From Bdellovibrionota bacterium (GTDB lineage Bacteria > Bdellovibrionota > Bacteriovoracia > Bacteriovoracales > Bacteriovoracaceae), in assembly GCA_040387275.1 (NCBI GenBank), contig JAZKDZ010000003.1, positions 105,858-129,857 of the forward strand: DNA of 24,000 bases. Direction: 5' to 3'. This document shows positions 9,139 through 17,607 of this stretch, piece after piece (within the stretch, counting starts at the first letter, position 1; every line of letters starts with the position of its first letter). Below the pieces are notes generated by a model. It had not been told where the DNA came from. It worked only from the letters and a program-made list of their open reading frames with translations, and ran no database searches. A program made the position numbers and the translations under genes.

Positions 9139-10413
9139 TTATATCCCAAGAGCTTCTTTCGTATCGACAATTTTTTTATGAATCTCTGAGGCTAACTTCT
9201 CAATATAATGGCTTCGAAAATCTGCATCCATAAACTTTATGAAGTCGTTTCCTGGAATGTTCTTTAATACTAACTTCTTTGCAGCTGTAGTCCCTGTCCA
9301 GATAATCCACCAGGCATTGGTATGAGGAGGACTGAAGATACCATCTAATTTTTTTGCGATAATTTGTGCTTTTGGGAGTAACTTTTCGTTTCCACCGACT
9401 TTATTGTCCGAATTTACAAAGCGAAGCCCTTGATACAAGACCCCGTTTTCTTTATTTAAATTAAATATTACGGTCTCACCTTCTATCTTACCAAGTTCTA
9501 TTGTTAGACCGTAATAATTAGAACCCTGTCGAATGCGATCTTCATTAAAAGTTGTCTCACATTTAAAATCAACATCTGCTCCCAATCCTTTTAGTTTTTT
9601 CGTGAGATTGGTTTGTAACTCATTCCAGAATTTGAATTCCAGTTGAATTCGTTTCTCTTCAGCCGCATTCGCAAGAAGTAGTGCCGCATTCATCTTCTCT
9701 TCAGAGTCAATTAGTTTAAGAGTTTCGTTTAGAGTGCTCATCTGAATGGTATCTCCGGTCAGTTTCTTTATAAGGTTTTTATAGTGAATAAGAATTTGAT
9801 GGACTGAAGGATGGTCTGTCGATTTTGAAATACTTTTTTTTAAAAAATCTTGAATGAAGTCTTTGTAAGTTAGAATGATTACTTTTCCACGAGGTAAATC
9901 GCCTAATGAATCCTCGTTTGGGCCATGACCGTCTAAGTTCAAATAAATGAGATAAATTCCTTTCTTTAGATGGTTATACTTATCTGTGTAGTTGTAATAT
10001 CTCTCAAGTTGTCTATGCTGATCTTCAGCGTAGATTTTGTTTTCAACCACAATTATCGCATTCGACGTCTCTATTCTAAGATCTATTCTGCCGCCAGTTC
10101 CCTGCCATGGGGCTGATGTTTCGATTCCTATCTCTGTATTATAATCAGCAATAATGGTGAAGCTGTGTTGCGAATTTAATTGATCAACAAAAATTTGTAA
10201 AAACATATCTTTGAGACCATGTGATCCGGTAGGCGACAAGATTTCTCCAAGAAAACGACTATGTCCTTTTTCTTCATCTCTTTCCCGATCAAGAATAGAG
10301 AATATATTGAAATGTTGGGTAACATTCTTACTATTCTCTTCTTGAGCACTTCTAAAAATGATTTGCGCTTTGGCGAGTAGTTCAGAAATTGTCTCTGCAG
10401 GCTTGTTTGACAT
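9139..10413 (-). CDS. PD-(D/E)XK nuclease superfamily protein (PDDEXK_4-like)
   Basis: 424 aa; RDEEKGHSRFLGEILSPTGSHGLKDMFL...GGRIDLRIETSNAIIVVENKIYAEDQHRQLERYYNY, i.e. D...ENK core followed by QL..Y. Confidence 0.82.
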   Translation of the reverse strand: MSNKPAETISELLAKAQIIFRSAQEENSKNVTQHFNIFSILDRERDEEKGHSRFLGEILSPTGSHGLKDMFLQIFVDQLNSQHSFTIIADYNTEIGIETSAPWQGTGGRIDLRIETSNAIIVVENKIYAEDQHRQLERYYNYTDKYNHLKKGIYLIYLNLDGHGPNEDSLGDLPRGKVIILTYKDFIQDFLKKSISKSTDHPSVHQILIHYKNLIKKLTGDTIQMSTLNETLKLIDSEEKMNAALLLANAAEEKRIQLEFKFWNELQTNLTKKLKGLGADVDFKCETTFNEDRIRQGSNYYGLTIELGKIEGETVIFNLNKENGVLYQGLRFVNSDNKVGGNEKLLPKAQIIAKKLDGIFSPPHTNAWWIIWTGTTAAKKLVLKNIPGNDFIKFMDADFRSHYIEKLASEIHKKIVDTKEALGI

Positions 10414-10415
10414 GA

Positions 10416-11894
10416 CTATTTAATCCTCATTAACCACTTAACAATCTCGACCATCGCTAAAGTGTCCTGATGACAATATTTCAAAAGGTCATCAATGATC
10501 TTCTTACGGGATTGATCATCTTTCGCCAGGTTAAACATCAGAAGCGAAGCCATGCTTTGTGCGGTTCCACCATCACCGATGTCGAGATTATCGTAGCTGA
10601 GTTTGTCGCCAATCAAAGCTGGTGCTACAGCTTTAATACTGAAGCTTCCTCGGAACTCTGGATCATAAACATAGTTTCTGAATATTGGGAGAGGATCAAC
10701 AAATCGATCAATAAGCGCCAACAAGTCAGCTTTATTTTTTTTATCGAATTCCGCGAGTTTTTTAATAACTCCAATCTCGAATGTCTGATTATAGGCCACG
10801 ATACTTCCTTTCTTACCCAGGTTCTTCAGCATGGAAGCTATCAGGCTATTCCTTGGGTCGCTATTTTCGGTGTGGAGAAATTCGAAATGATCCAAAGTTT
10901 TAGATTTGGCATCTTTCCAGACGTGACAGCTGAATTGGAAAGGAATCTGTACATAAGGGGAGGTTCCCTGGAATTTAGGGATAGCTGGATTGATGGTTTC
11001 AAAGTCAAAGAAGTATAACGGCCACTTCCAGTCTTTCAGCTCTTCTTGAATTCCTTTCTTATCGATATATGTTTTTTTATTCTGTGTTGCCTCAATCGCA
11101 CGTTTCGTTACGTTCTTATAGTTCCCAGGATTGAGATCGGATATTTTGATGAGCTTACTCTCATAATGATCCCACTTTTTACTGGTGAAAGAGGGGAGAT
11201 CGAAAATTGAGAAGTCCGGGACTTTCTTCCAGCAATTTTCCTTGTAAGGGCATTCATAAGGACTATCGCAGTGGCTACCAATGGACTTCTTAGGTTCTTT
11301 TTTATCTTTTACAACCTTCTTCAATTCAGCGATTGCCTTCTTTGTCTGAACCATCTCTGTTCTAACTTCTTCTGTGATGTCTTCAGTCGAGAAGAAGTCT
11401 ACGAAATTGGGGAACACCATATTGTTGTTAATATGGCGAAGAAAGATTTTTGTAAGCTTTATTCCTGAAGCTTCAATGACCAATGTCTGAATGGCACAAT
11501 CTTGAATGTAGGATTCTTTGACCTCTGTCGCTTTCTTCACTTCTATAAGGTGCCAGCCGGACTTTGTTTTCTTCAGGATATCCGCACGGAAGTACAGGTC
11601 ATCTTTCAGGAAAGCTGCTTCATAGATAAGTTTGGAGCCATTTGCTATCAGTTCCTGAGTTTTCTTAGCAGCTCCGGCTAAATCCCAATACTCACCTTCA
11701 ATAAGATCACCGGGACCTTCCAATTTTCTGGCGAGTTCTCCAACTTCATTTCCTTCGTCAAATTGCATTTGGGTAGCAGCTGAAGTTTCTTCCCGATCAA
11801 GAGGCTTATTCAACGTGAGCCAAAGAAGTTTTTCGCATTGAAAGCCGAGCATGAGTTTACTTTTAGAGAGAACGATATTTCTAGTTTTTGTCAT
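10416..11894 (-). CDS. DUF2779-domain protein (PD-(D/E)XK/Cas4-like N-terminal half plus RNase H/DnaQ-like C-terminal half)
   Basis: 492 aa; LSKSKLMLGFQCEKLLWLTLN start, LIEVKKATEVKESYIQDCAIQTLV nuclease-like core, cysteines HCDSPYECPYKENCW, C-terminal YFFDFETINPAIPKFQGTSPYVQIPFQFSCH, GSIVAYNQTFE, FRGSFSIKAVAPAL. Confidence 0.83.
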   Translation of the reverse strand: MTKTRNIVLSKSKLMLGFQCEKLLWLTLNKPLDREETSAATQMQFDEGNEVGELARKLEGPGDLIEGEYWDLAGAAKKTQELIANGSKLIYEAAFLKDDLYFRADILKKTKSGWHLIEVKKATEVKESYIQDCAIQTLVIEASGIKLTKIFLRHINNNMVFPNFVDFFSTEDITEEVRTEMVQTKKAIAELKKVVKDKKEPKKSIGSHCDSPYECPYKENCWKKVPDFSIFDLPSFTSKKWDHYESKLIKISDLNPGNYKNVTKRAIEATQNKKTYIDKKGIQEELKDWKWPLYFFDFETINPAIPKFQGTSPYVQIPFQFSCHVWKDAKSKTLDHFEFLHTENSDPRNSLIASMLKNLGKKGSIVAYNQTFEIGVIKKLAEFDKKNKADLLALIDRFVDPLPIFRNYVYDPEFRGSFSIKAVAPALIGDKLSYDNLDIGDGGTAQSMASLLMFNLAKDDQSRKKIIDDLLKYCHQDTLAMVEIVKWLMRIK

Positions 11895-11907
11895 AATGAA
11901 TTGTACT

Positions 11908-12753
11908 TTATGGTCTTCTCAATTTCTGAGACTTTGAAAGGGCTCCCATGAGTTCGCATTGCTGACAGAGAGTCATATCATCAAGTCCAACATACTTATC
12001 TGGTGACGTAATTATCCCTGTCTCATATGAGGCTATGTATTTCAAAGCATCAGCTTGTCGTATTTTTAAAAAATCTGCGGCTTCAGATGGGATTGAGCCT
12101 CGTTGAATCATTGAAAGAAAAATAAAATGTTTTCCTTTCTTTGAGAGGGAAGGTTCTGACAAATACCTGTAACTTTTGTAAATGAATTTCTTCCTGAGTT
12201 CAACATCGTTATTAATCAAAGTAAGTCCGAAGCGTGGTGCTGTCGTAAAAGGAATCTTCGGTAACTGATCACTTGGCTTTATTTTGAGACTGCTGTTTGA
12301 ATCGAATGGAGATAGTTCCTCAAGCTTCGGTGCAAGAGCTTTGATATCGGAAGCGCCAAAATTATTCATTAAAAGATCTACGAATAAGCTGGAGCCTTCT
12401 TGATATTCATTGGATTGTACATTTCGAACAGCTCTTATTAGGATTCCACCTCGGTTAATTCCATTCCCAATAGTTAAATCCAATCCTTTATAGTTTCCAT
12501 TACTGTAGCCACCCTCACCCTTGCGATGAAAATACCACTGAAGGTTTTCTGCCTGTCTTTTATTCCCATGAACGAAAGGATCTTTATAAATTGCAGGAAG
12601 AAAATAGAATTCAATTTCCATCAGTCGATAATCTTTTCCATTTATTTCTACTAAACTCTGATTGAGTAAGACATCTGCAATAGCAGGATAATATTGTTCG
12701 GCTTCTTCGACGGATGTCGCTCCATTCAGCTCGTTCACAAGTTTCGTCAGCAT
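11908..12753 (-). CDS. 3-methyladenine/alkyladenine DNA glycosylase (AAG/MPG)-like protein with C-terminal extension
   Basis: Motif series RLMEIEFYF...KDPFVH...LQWYFHRKG...YKGLDLTIGNG...GGILIRAVRN matches the MPG order (E.E.Y, D..H, Y.YG..., .VLIRA..). Track ORF starts 12804, but the ATG at 12753 has a strong AAGGA RBS. Confidence 0.6.
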   Translation of the reverse strand: MLTKLVNELNGATSVEEAEQYYPAIADVLLNQSLVEINGKDYRLMEIEFYFLPAIYKDPFVHGNKRQAENLQWYFHRKGEGGYSNGNYKGLDLTIGNGINRGGILIRAVRNVQSNEYQEGSSLFVDLLMNNFGASDIKALAPKLEELSPFDSNSSLKIKPSDQLPKIPFTTAPRFGLTLINNDVELRKKFIYKSYRYLSEPSLSKKGKHFIFLSMIQRGSIPSEAADFLKIRQADALKYIASYETGIITSPDKYVGLDDMTLCQQCELMGALSKSQKLRRP

Positions 12754-12849
12754 GCTAATTCCTTTGTAGTTCTTATCGGTAACAATACGTGAATTCATTC
12801 CCATTTTCTGAGACAGGAAGTTGCTATTTTAGATAAGGCAGGAGGGTCC

Positions 12850-13230
12850 ATGAAATCATTAAAGACATCTCATACTTTTCAGAACATCACTGAATGGTCA
12901 CATGACCTTAATAAATGGGTTTATTTATTCAAAACAATTCATGGTATTTACCCCACAATATTGTTGGCCGCTGACCGCACTTTCACAAAAATCGATATGA
13001 TCGCAAATACAAACAGTCGTCATAAAATCAAAGGTGCTTCTGGAAATTGTCCAGATAGGCCAGTTAGGATGATTGGATTTCAGGGAGCCAACTATGAATT
13101 GAAATTTTGTGTGAATGAATCTCTCGAAGTGAATAAAATAAATCTAATTTTTGAATTTGATTCTGGAGACGATGGAGAACAATTTGAAAAAGATTCATTA
13201 GCATTTTTTGCAATAGGAATTAATTGCTAG
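12850..13230 (+). CDS. Hypothetical protein
   Basis: 126 aa ORF; strong AGGAGG 5 nt upstream of ATG; no recognised domain. Confidence 0.65.
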   Translation: MKSLKTSHTFQNITEWSHDLNKWVYLFKTIHGIYPTILLAADRTFTKIDMIANTNSRHKIKGASGNCPDRPVRMIGFQGANYELKFCVNESLEVNKINLIFEFDSGDDGEQFEKDSLAFFAIGINC

Positions 13231-13382
13231 TCTCAAAAATTGAGACAGGTAGGCTTGGAGAAGCGCTAGTTATTTCAATACCTTGGGGCGGATCTGATAA
13301 TTCGATGTCATTAAGAATTCTTATTAATCTATTTTCACCTTATCCGCCGACAATAAGTTCAGTAACAAATTTAGGAACCAAA

Positions 13383-14972
13383 ATGAAACTTTCATTGTTT
13401 TTTATTTCTCTTCTTCTCGTTTCTTGTAACGGTGGCGGTGGCGGAGGAGGGGGATCCTCTGTAGCGATTTCTTACTGGGATATATCAGGTCTAGTTACGT
13501 ATCAATTTGTTCCGGCCACAGCGACTGGGCTTGATTATGCGGGAACTACCGAATTGCCGATGCGAAATGTTATAGTTCAAATCTTACGTTCCAGTGACAA
13601 TGTAGTTCTCGGAAGTGGCTCGACAGATGATAACGGTAATTACCTCGTTAAAATTCCTCAGGGTTCTCAAAATACTTCCATCAAGGTGTCTGCAAGAGCA
13701 GAGATGACTAGTCCCAGTGTTATTATCCAGGACAATACAAATAGTAATGCCAAGTACGTAGCAACCGGTCCTGTGAATGTTATCTTTGGCGATACAGTGA
13801 TTAGTACTTTGATTGCTCCAAGTGGCTGGGGAGGGAACTCCTATACATCGACCAGAGCTGCAGCACCATTTGCGATCCTTGATTCAATTTACACAGCAAT
13901 TAAAAAAGTGAAAGAAGCGCGACCTTCAACAGTACTACCTGCTTTGAAAGTAAATTGGAGTACATTGAATGTTGCAACATCAGGTGACCTAACTATTGGG
14001 CAGATAGGTACTTCTCATTTTAATCAGAATGGTCAGCTCTACATATTGGGTAAAGAAAATTCTGATACTGATGAATATGACCGTCACGTAATTGCTCATG
14101 AATGGGGACACTATTTTGAAGATAAACTAAGTCGTTCTGATAGTGGTGGAGGACAGCATTCCGATGGGGAAGTAGTCGATATGTCTCTGGCCTTTGGTGA
14201 AGGATGGGGAAATGCGCTTAGTGGAATTGTATTTTCACCAGACATAAATTACCGTGACACAGCTGGTGTAAAACAACAGGTAACTGCTATTGATTATTCA
14301 TTGGAAACATCACCGGACACCACGCCGGGTTGGTTCTCTGAAGTTTCGGTCCAGCAGATTATATTTGATATCTTTGATTCAAACGCAGATGCAGGCGATT
14401 CAGTTAGTTTAGGTTTAGGGCCCATACTTGATGTCTTTACAGGCTACCAAAAGACTACACCAGCTAAAACTTCAATTTTTAGTTTTATCACAGGTCTGAA
14501 AAATAATAATGCATCCAGTGTAGCTGCTTTAAATACACTGACTACTTCAAAGCAAATTTCCAACGTTGCTAATGCTTTTGGAACTGGTGAGACAAATAAT
14601 GGTGGATTGGCACGGATGCTTCCCATTTATAACCAACTTGTCGTTAACGGTGGCCCCGTGACTGTATTTATGGGTGGAGGAAGCGTGAGGATGAATGAAG
14701 CGGACAATAATAGATATTTCCGATTTACCGCTACAAGCACCTCAACCAAATTAACCTGGGCTTCAAGTGATACATATATTCTTTCAGTTTCAAGATTGGG
14801 GTCAACGATCTATGACGATCTCGAGCAAGCTCCCGACGGTAATATTCTTGGACCGTATTTTGATTTTGTAACTACAACACCGGGCTTAGAATATGTACTT
14901 CAAATAAGTACGCATCCTGATTTTGTTTTTGATTCAGCAAGTCCTGTCGAATTTGCAGCTAAAATTGAATAA
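13383..14972 (+). CDS. Lipoprotein with Gly-rich linker, carboxypeptidase-regulatory-like domain and gluzincin-type zinc metallopeptidase domain
   Basis: Signal/lipobox MKLSLFFISLLLVSCNGGGGGGGGSS; VIAHEWGHYFEDKL (HExxH) and downstream EGWGNALSG glutamate candidate. ORF is open from 13224, but the ATG at 13383 precedes the signal peptide. Confidence 0.82.
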   Translation: MKLSLFFISLLLVSCNGGGGGGGGSSVAISYWDISGLVTYQFVPATATGLDYAGTTELPMRNVIVQILRSSDNVVLGSGSTDDNGNYLVKIPQGSQNTSIKVSARAEMTSPSVIIQDNTNSNAKYVATGPVNVIFGDTVISTLIAPSGWGGNSYTSTRAAAPFAILDSIYTAIKKVKEARPSTVLPALKVNWSTLNVATSGDLTIGQIGTSHFNQNGQLYILGKENSDTDEYDRHVIAHEWGHYFEDKLSRSDSGGGQHSDGEVVDMSLAFGEGWGNALSGIVFSPDINYRDTAGVKQQVTAIDYSLETSPDTTPGWFSEVSVQQIIFDIFDSNADAGDSVSLGLGPILDVFTGYQKTTPAKTSIFSFITGLKNNNASSVAALNTLTTSKQISNVANAFGTGETNNGGLARMLPIYNQLVVNGGPVTVFMGGGSVRMNEADNNRYFRFTATSTSTKLTWASSDTYILSVSRLGSTIYDDLEQAPDGNILGPYFDFVTTTPGLEYVLQISTHPDFVFDSASPVEFAAKIE

Positions 14973-14985
14973 CCAAAGGTTGGTA

Positions 14986-15531
14986 ATGAAATATATTTTT
15001 ATTGTTTTTTGTCTCATGAACCTCACAGAATCTTCCTGGGGAAAAGTGTCTAAAAAGAAGACCGCTGCCATAAAGAAGCAGAATGTTTTTAAAAATCTTG
15101 AGTGTAAGCAAAAAATCTTACCCTTGAGAATTGATTACAAGCTTTCCGATAGAGACGTGGAAGTTGTTATTACTGGCGAAAAAGATATTCAAGATTTTCA
15201 AGTTACATCAGTTGTTGGATTGGATGGAGTGAAAATTATTGAAGCTGATAAGATTGACAGTCAGCTTTTGAAAAAGAATTCAAAAGCTACGTTGGTAGTT
15301 GAATTTGATGCTCCGATTGGTCTCTCCTATATTTCAATGAATCTGAAAGGTACGGTCAATAAAGTAGTTAAGAATCAAGTTTTTGCTATTCCGGTTGGAG
15401 AGCTAAGTTCGAAACAGAAAAGTCTTAACGGTCGTAACATTCGAATTAATTCTGTGAATGAATCTAAAGTTGGCGGCAAAGCATCTGAAGAGAAAATTCA
15501 CGAAATGAAGCTCGAGACTAAAAAGAAGTAG
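14986..15531 (+). CDS. Exported Lys-rich hypothetical protein
   Basis: ORF open from 14923; ATG at 14986 begins MKYIFIVFCLMNLTESSWG signal peptide; RBS-like AAAGG; 13 bp after the lipoprotein gene. Confidence 0.7.
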   Translation: MKYIFIVFCLMNLTESSWGKVSKKKTAAIKKQNVFKNLECKQKILPLRIDYKLSDRDVEVVITGEKDIQDFQVTSVVGLDGVKIIEADKIDSQLLKKNSKATLVVEFDAPIGLSYISMNLKGTVNKVVKNQVFAIPVGELSSKQKSLNGRNIRINSVNESKVGGKASEEKIHEMKLETKKK

Positions 15532-15639
15532 CTAAGAGGGAATGCGATTGCCGTTCTAAATGCTGGAATTGTATTCGAATTCTAATATTGTCCGAGTGAA
15601 AGTCTCGGAAATCGGGACTGCGTTCCGATAAGATGAGAC

Positions 15640-16620
15640 ATGACAAAAACAGCCCAATTCCTTTTAGTGCTCCATCACGTCGCTACTTCTCCCAATCGTT
15701 GTCTTCCGGAAGAAAGACTTCGCTCACTTCTGGGAGATCCTCCGAAATCAACCTGGCACAGGCTTATTAATGAGCTCACCACGGGAACGAGTGATGTGCC
15801 TGCACTTCTCATGGAAACGATTCAGAAGGACACAGAGGGCGTATTCTATTGCGTGAACCACAGAGGCTGGCAAGCCTTTCTGGATGCTCATGAAGAGGGG
15901 AAGTTTCTCCTCGAATGTTACCGTCAGGTCGGCCATCTTCTCGATTCAGATTTCACGAATATGGTTTTCGATATCCCTGACATGAATAAAAAACATGTAA
16001 GCCGGATCGATCGGAAGTTCCTTCACTTGGTAAAAGTGAAGGCGCAGAAGACGAATAGCTCGAAAGAGATACTAAACTCCGTTATTCAGGGCCTCATTAC
16101 CGAAAAACAACTCGAACTCACTTACGATGGCGGAGTCCGGATTGTTCGTCCGCTGACTCTTTGCCAGCACCGGGATGATCTTTATCTCATGTGCTACCGC
16201 ATGAAAGATGGCGGGCAATGGGAAAAGAGAACTTATAAAGTGGCCCGGATGTCTGGGGTTAAGGTGCTTGAACGCAAGTTTCCTTATCCGGCGAAGAATG
16301 ATTGGGATCCGCTGAAAGAGTATCAAGGGTCGTCCGGAATTGTTCTGGGTGAAGAGAAACAAGTTCAGATCCGAGTATATGGAGTTTCGAGAAAGATCCT
16401 CGCGGAGAAAGATTTCTTCAACGGGAAGTTAACTAATCGTGACAAAGATTTTGATACCTATGTTTGCACGTATACCAACGTTCATGAATTTCTGGGACAA
16501 GTGTTTGTGTATGCCCAGGATATAGAGATTGTGGATGATGAATCATTGAAAGAAGCGTTTGTGAATAAAGCGCAGGCGGGGCTTCTTAGAAATCAAATTT
16601 CGAAGATCAAACTGGGCTAA
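15640..16620 (+). CDS. WYL-domain transcriptional regulator-like protein
   Basis: 326 aa; N-terminal winged-HTH-like STWHRLINEL; VRIVRPLTLCQHRDDLYLMCYRMKDGGQWEKRTYKVARMSGVKVLERKFPYP typical of WYL proteins. Confidence 0.78.
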   Translation: MTKTAQFLLVLHHVATSPNRCLPEERLRSLLGDPPKSTWHRLINELTTGTSDVPALLMETIQKDTEGVFYCVNHRGWQAFLDAHEEGKFLLECYRQVGHLLDSDFTNMVFDIPDMNKKHVSRIDRKFLHLVKVKAQKTNSSKEILNSVIQGLITEKQLELTYDGGVRIVRPLTLCQHRDDLYLMCYRMKDGGQWEKRTYKVARMSGVKVLERKFPYPAKNDWDPLKEYQGSSGIVLGEEKQVQIRVYGVSRKILAEKDFFNGKLTNRDKDFDTYVCTYTNVHEFLGQVFVYAQDIEIVDDESLKEAFVNKAQAGLLRNQISKIKLG

Positions 16621-16841
16621 GCTACTTTCTTATAACGATTGATCTTCTTATTAAGATGTCTCAGCCATCCCTCACGTGTCTCCATGTGAGTCCTATGCTG
16701 GTTACAGAAGAGATGAGAAATTGAATTTGGTTCTATCCGATTCAGGATGCAATCTTCAAAGTTATAAATAGGCGTATTACAAATTGAGTAATTGGAATTT
16801 TGATTCCAAAGTCTCAGACAAGTTTTTCTATCCTGGGACAC
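16617..16841 (-). CDS. Small cysteine/histidine-containing hypothetical protein
   Basis: 74 aa, GTG start with GGGAGG 6 nt upstream; directly abuts the stop of the 51-aa ORF. Confidence 0.55.
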   Translation of the reverse strand: MSQDRKTCLRLWNQNSNYSICNTPIYNFEDCILNRIEPNSISHLFCNQHRTHMETREGWLRHLNKKINRYKKVA

Positions 16842-16997
16842 TTAAAACCTCCCATATAGACATCCCCAAATGACAAATGCTGGAAGCAGGAGATGACCAA
16901 TGATTCTTAAACTTATTGCGAGACAAAAAAGAAAGGTCAGTTTTCCATAATCTGAGAAAGCGAAAGCTGTGAATAATATAAAGAAGATAAAAATCAT
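16842..16997 (-). CDS. Small hydrophobic membrane protein (not in ORF track)
   Basis: 51 aa read directly: MIFIFFILFTAFAFSDYGKLTFLFCLAISLRIIGHLLLPAFVIWGCLYGRF*; GGGGA upstream of ATG; stop abuts the next GTG start. Confidence 0.6.
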   Translation of the reverse strand: MIFIFFILFTAFAFSDYGKLTFLFCLAISLRIIGHLLLPAFVIWGCLYGRF

Positions 16998-16999
16998 GC

Positions 17000-17086
17000 T
17001 TATCCCCAAATCCAGAAGATGAGAAATATGAGGAAAGGGAATACTGTGAAAACTATCCAGTAACCTCGAAATTCTTTACCTAACAT
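17000..17086 (-). CDS. Very small hydrophobic protein (not in ORF track)
   Basis: 28 aa read directly: MLGKEFRGYWIVFTVFPFLIFLIFWIWG*; stop lies 2 nt before the ATG of the 51-aa ORF. Confidence 0.4.
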   Translation of the reverse strand: MLGKEFRGYWIVFTVFPFLIFLIFWIWG

Positions 17087-17227
17087 TCGGATCTTCTTTT
17101 TTTAAGTACGACAATGTTTCTTAACCAATTGGAGTAAACAATCCCTTCTCGTCTCAGATATTCCCTCCGTTTCCGAACTAAACAATGGATTAAAGTGACT
17201 AGAACAACTTTCAAAATGAAATATTTA

Positions 17228-17548
17228 TCAATCATCATCTTCCAGCTCCTGGTCAAAAAGTAATTGACCAAGAATTTCTCCAGCGCCATCATCAAGCAAA
17301 AGTATCTTCGTCGTGAGCCACGAAACCATATCCTGATGATTCGTATGAGTGACGATGATAAAATCCCCGTGATCCTGGATGCGAATGTCACAGCCGAGGT
17401 CTTCGTGAATTTCTTTTTTGAGATATTTGTGGAGTTTGTGAAAAGCTCTCATCGCCGTATCAGCTTCAAAGCTGAGCCCAAGTGGAGCGATGTCTACCTT
17501 CCACTTACCGTCTTTCTTGCTGTATTTGCCACGGAGATGGATCTTCAT
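17228..17548 (-). CDS. Hypothetical small protein, possibly HicB-like fold
   Basis: 106 aa; WKVDIAPLGLSFEADTAMRAFHKLHKYLKKE is weakly reminiscent of HicB N-terminal pattern; acidic C-terminus. Confidence 0.6.
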   Translation of the reverse strand: MKIHLRGKYSKKDGKWKVDIAPLGLSFEADTAMRAFHKLHKYLKKEIHEDLGCDIRIQDHGDFIIVTHTNHQDMVSWLTTKILLLDDGAGEILGQLLFDQELEDDD

Positions 17549-17607
17549 GTCCCCATATTAGGGGACACGAGTCTCAGAATGTGGGACTTGGTGAAGTTAC
17601 GGATTTA

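Noticed and set aside
10470-11018. 182-aa plus ORF antisense to the DUF2779 gene
   Set aside because: Long but opposite to a convincing domain-containing CDS, with no domain of its own.
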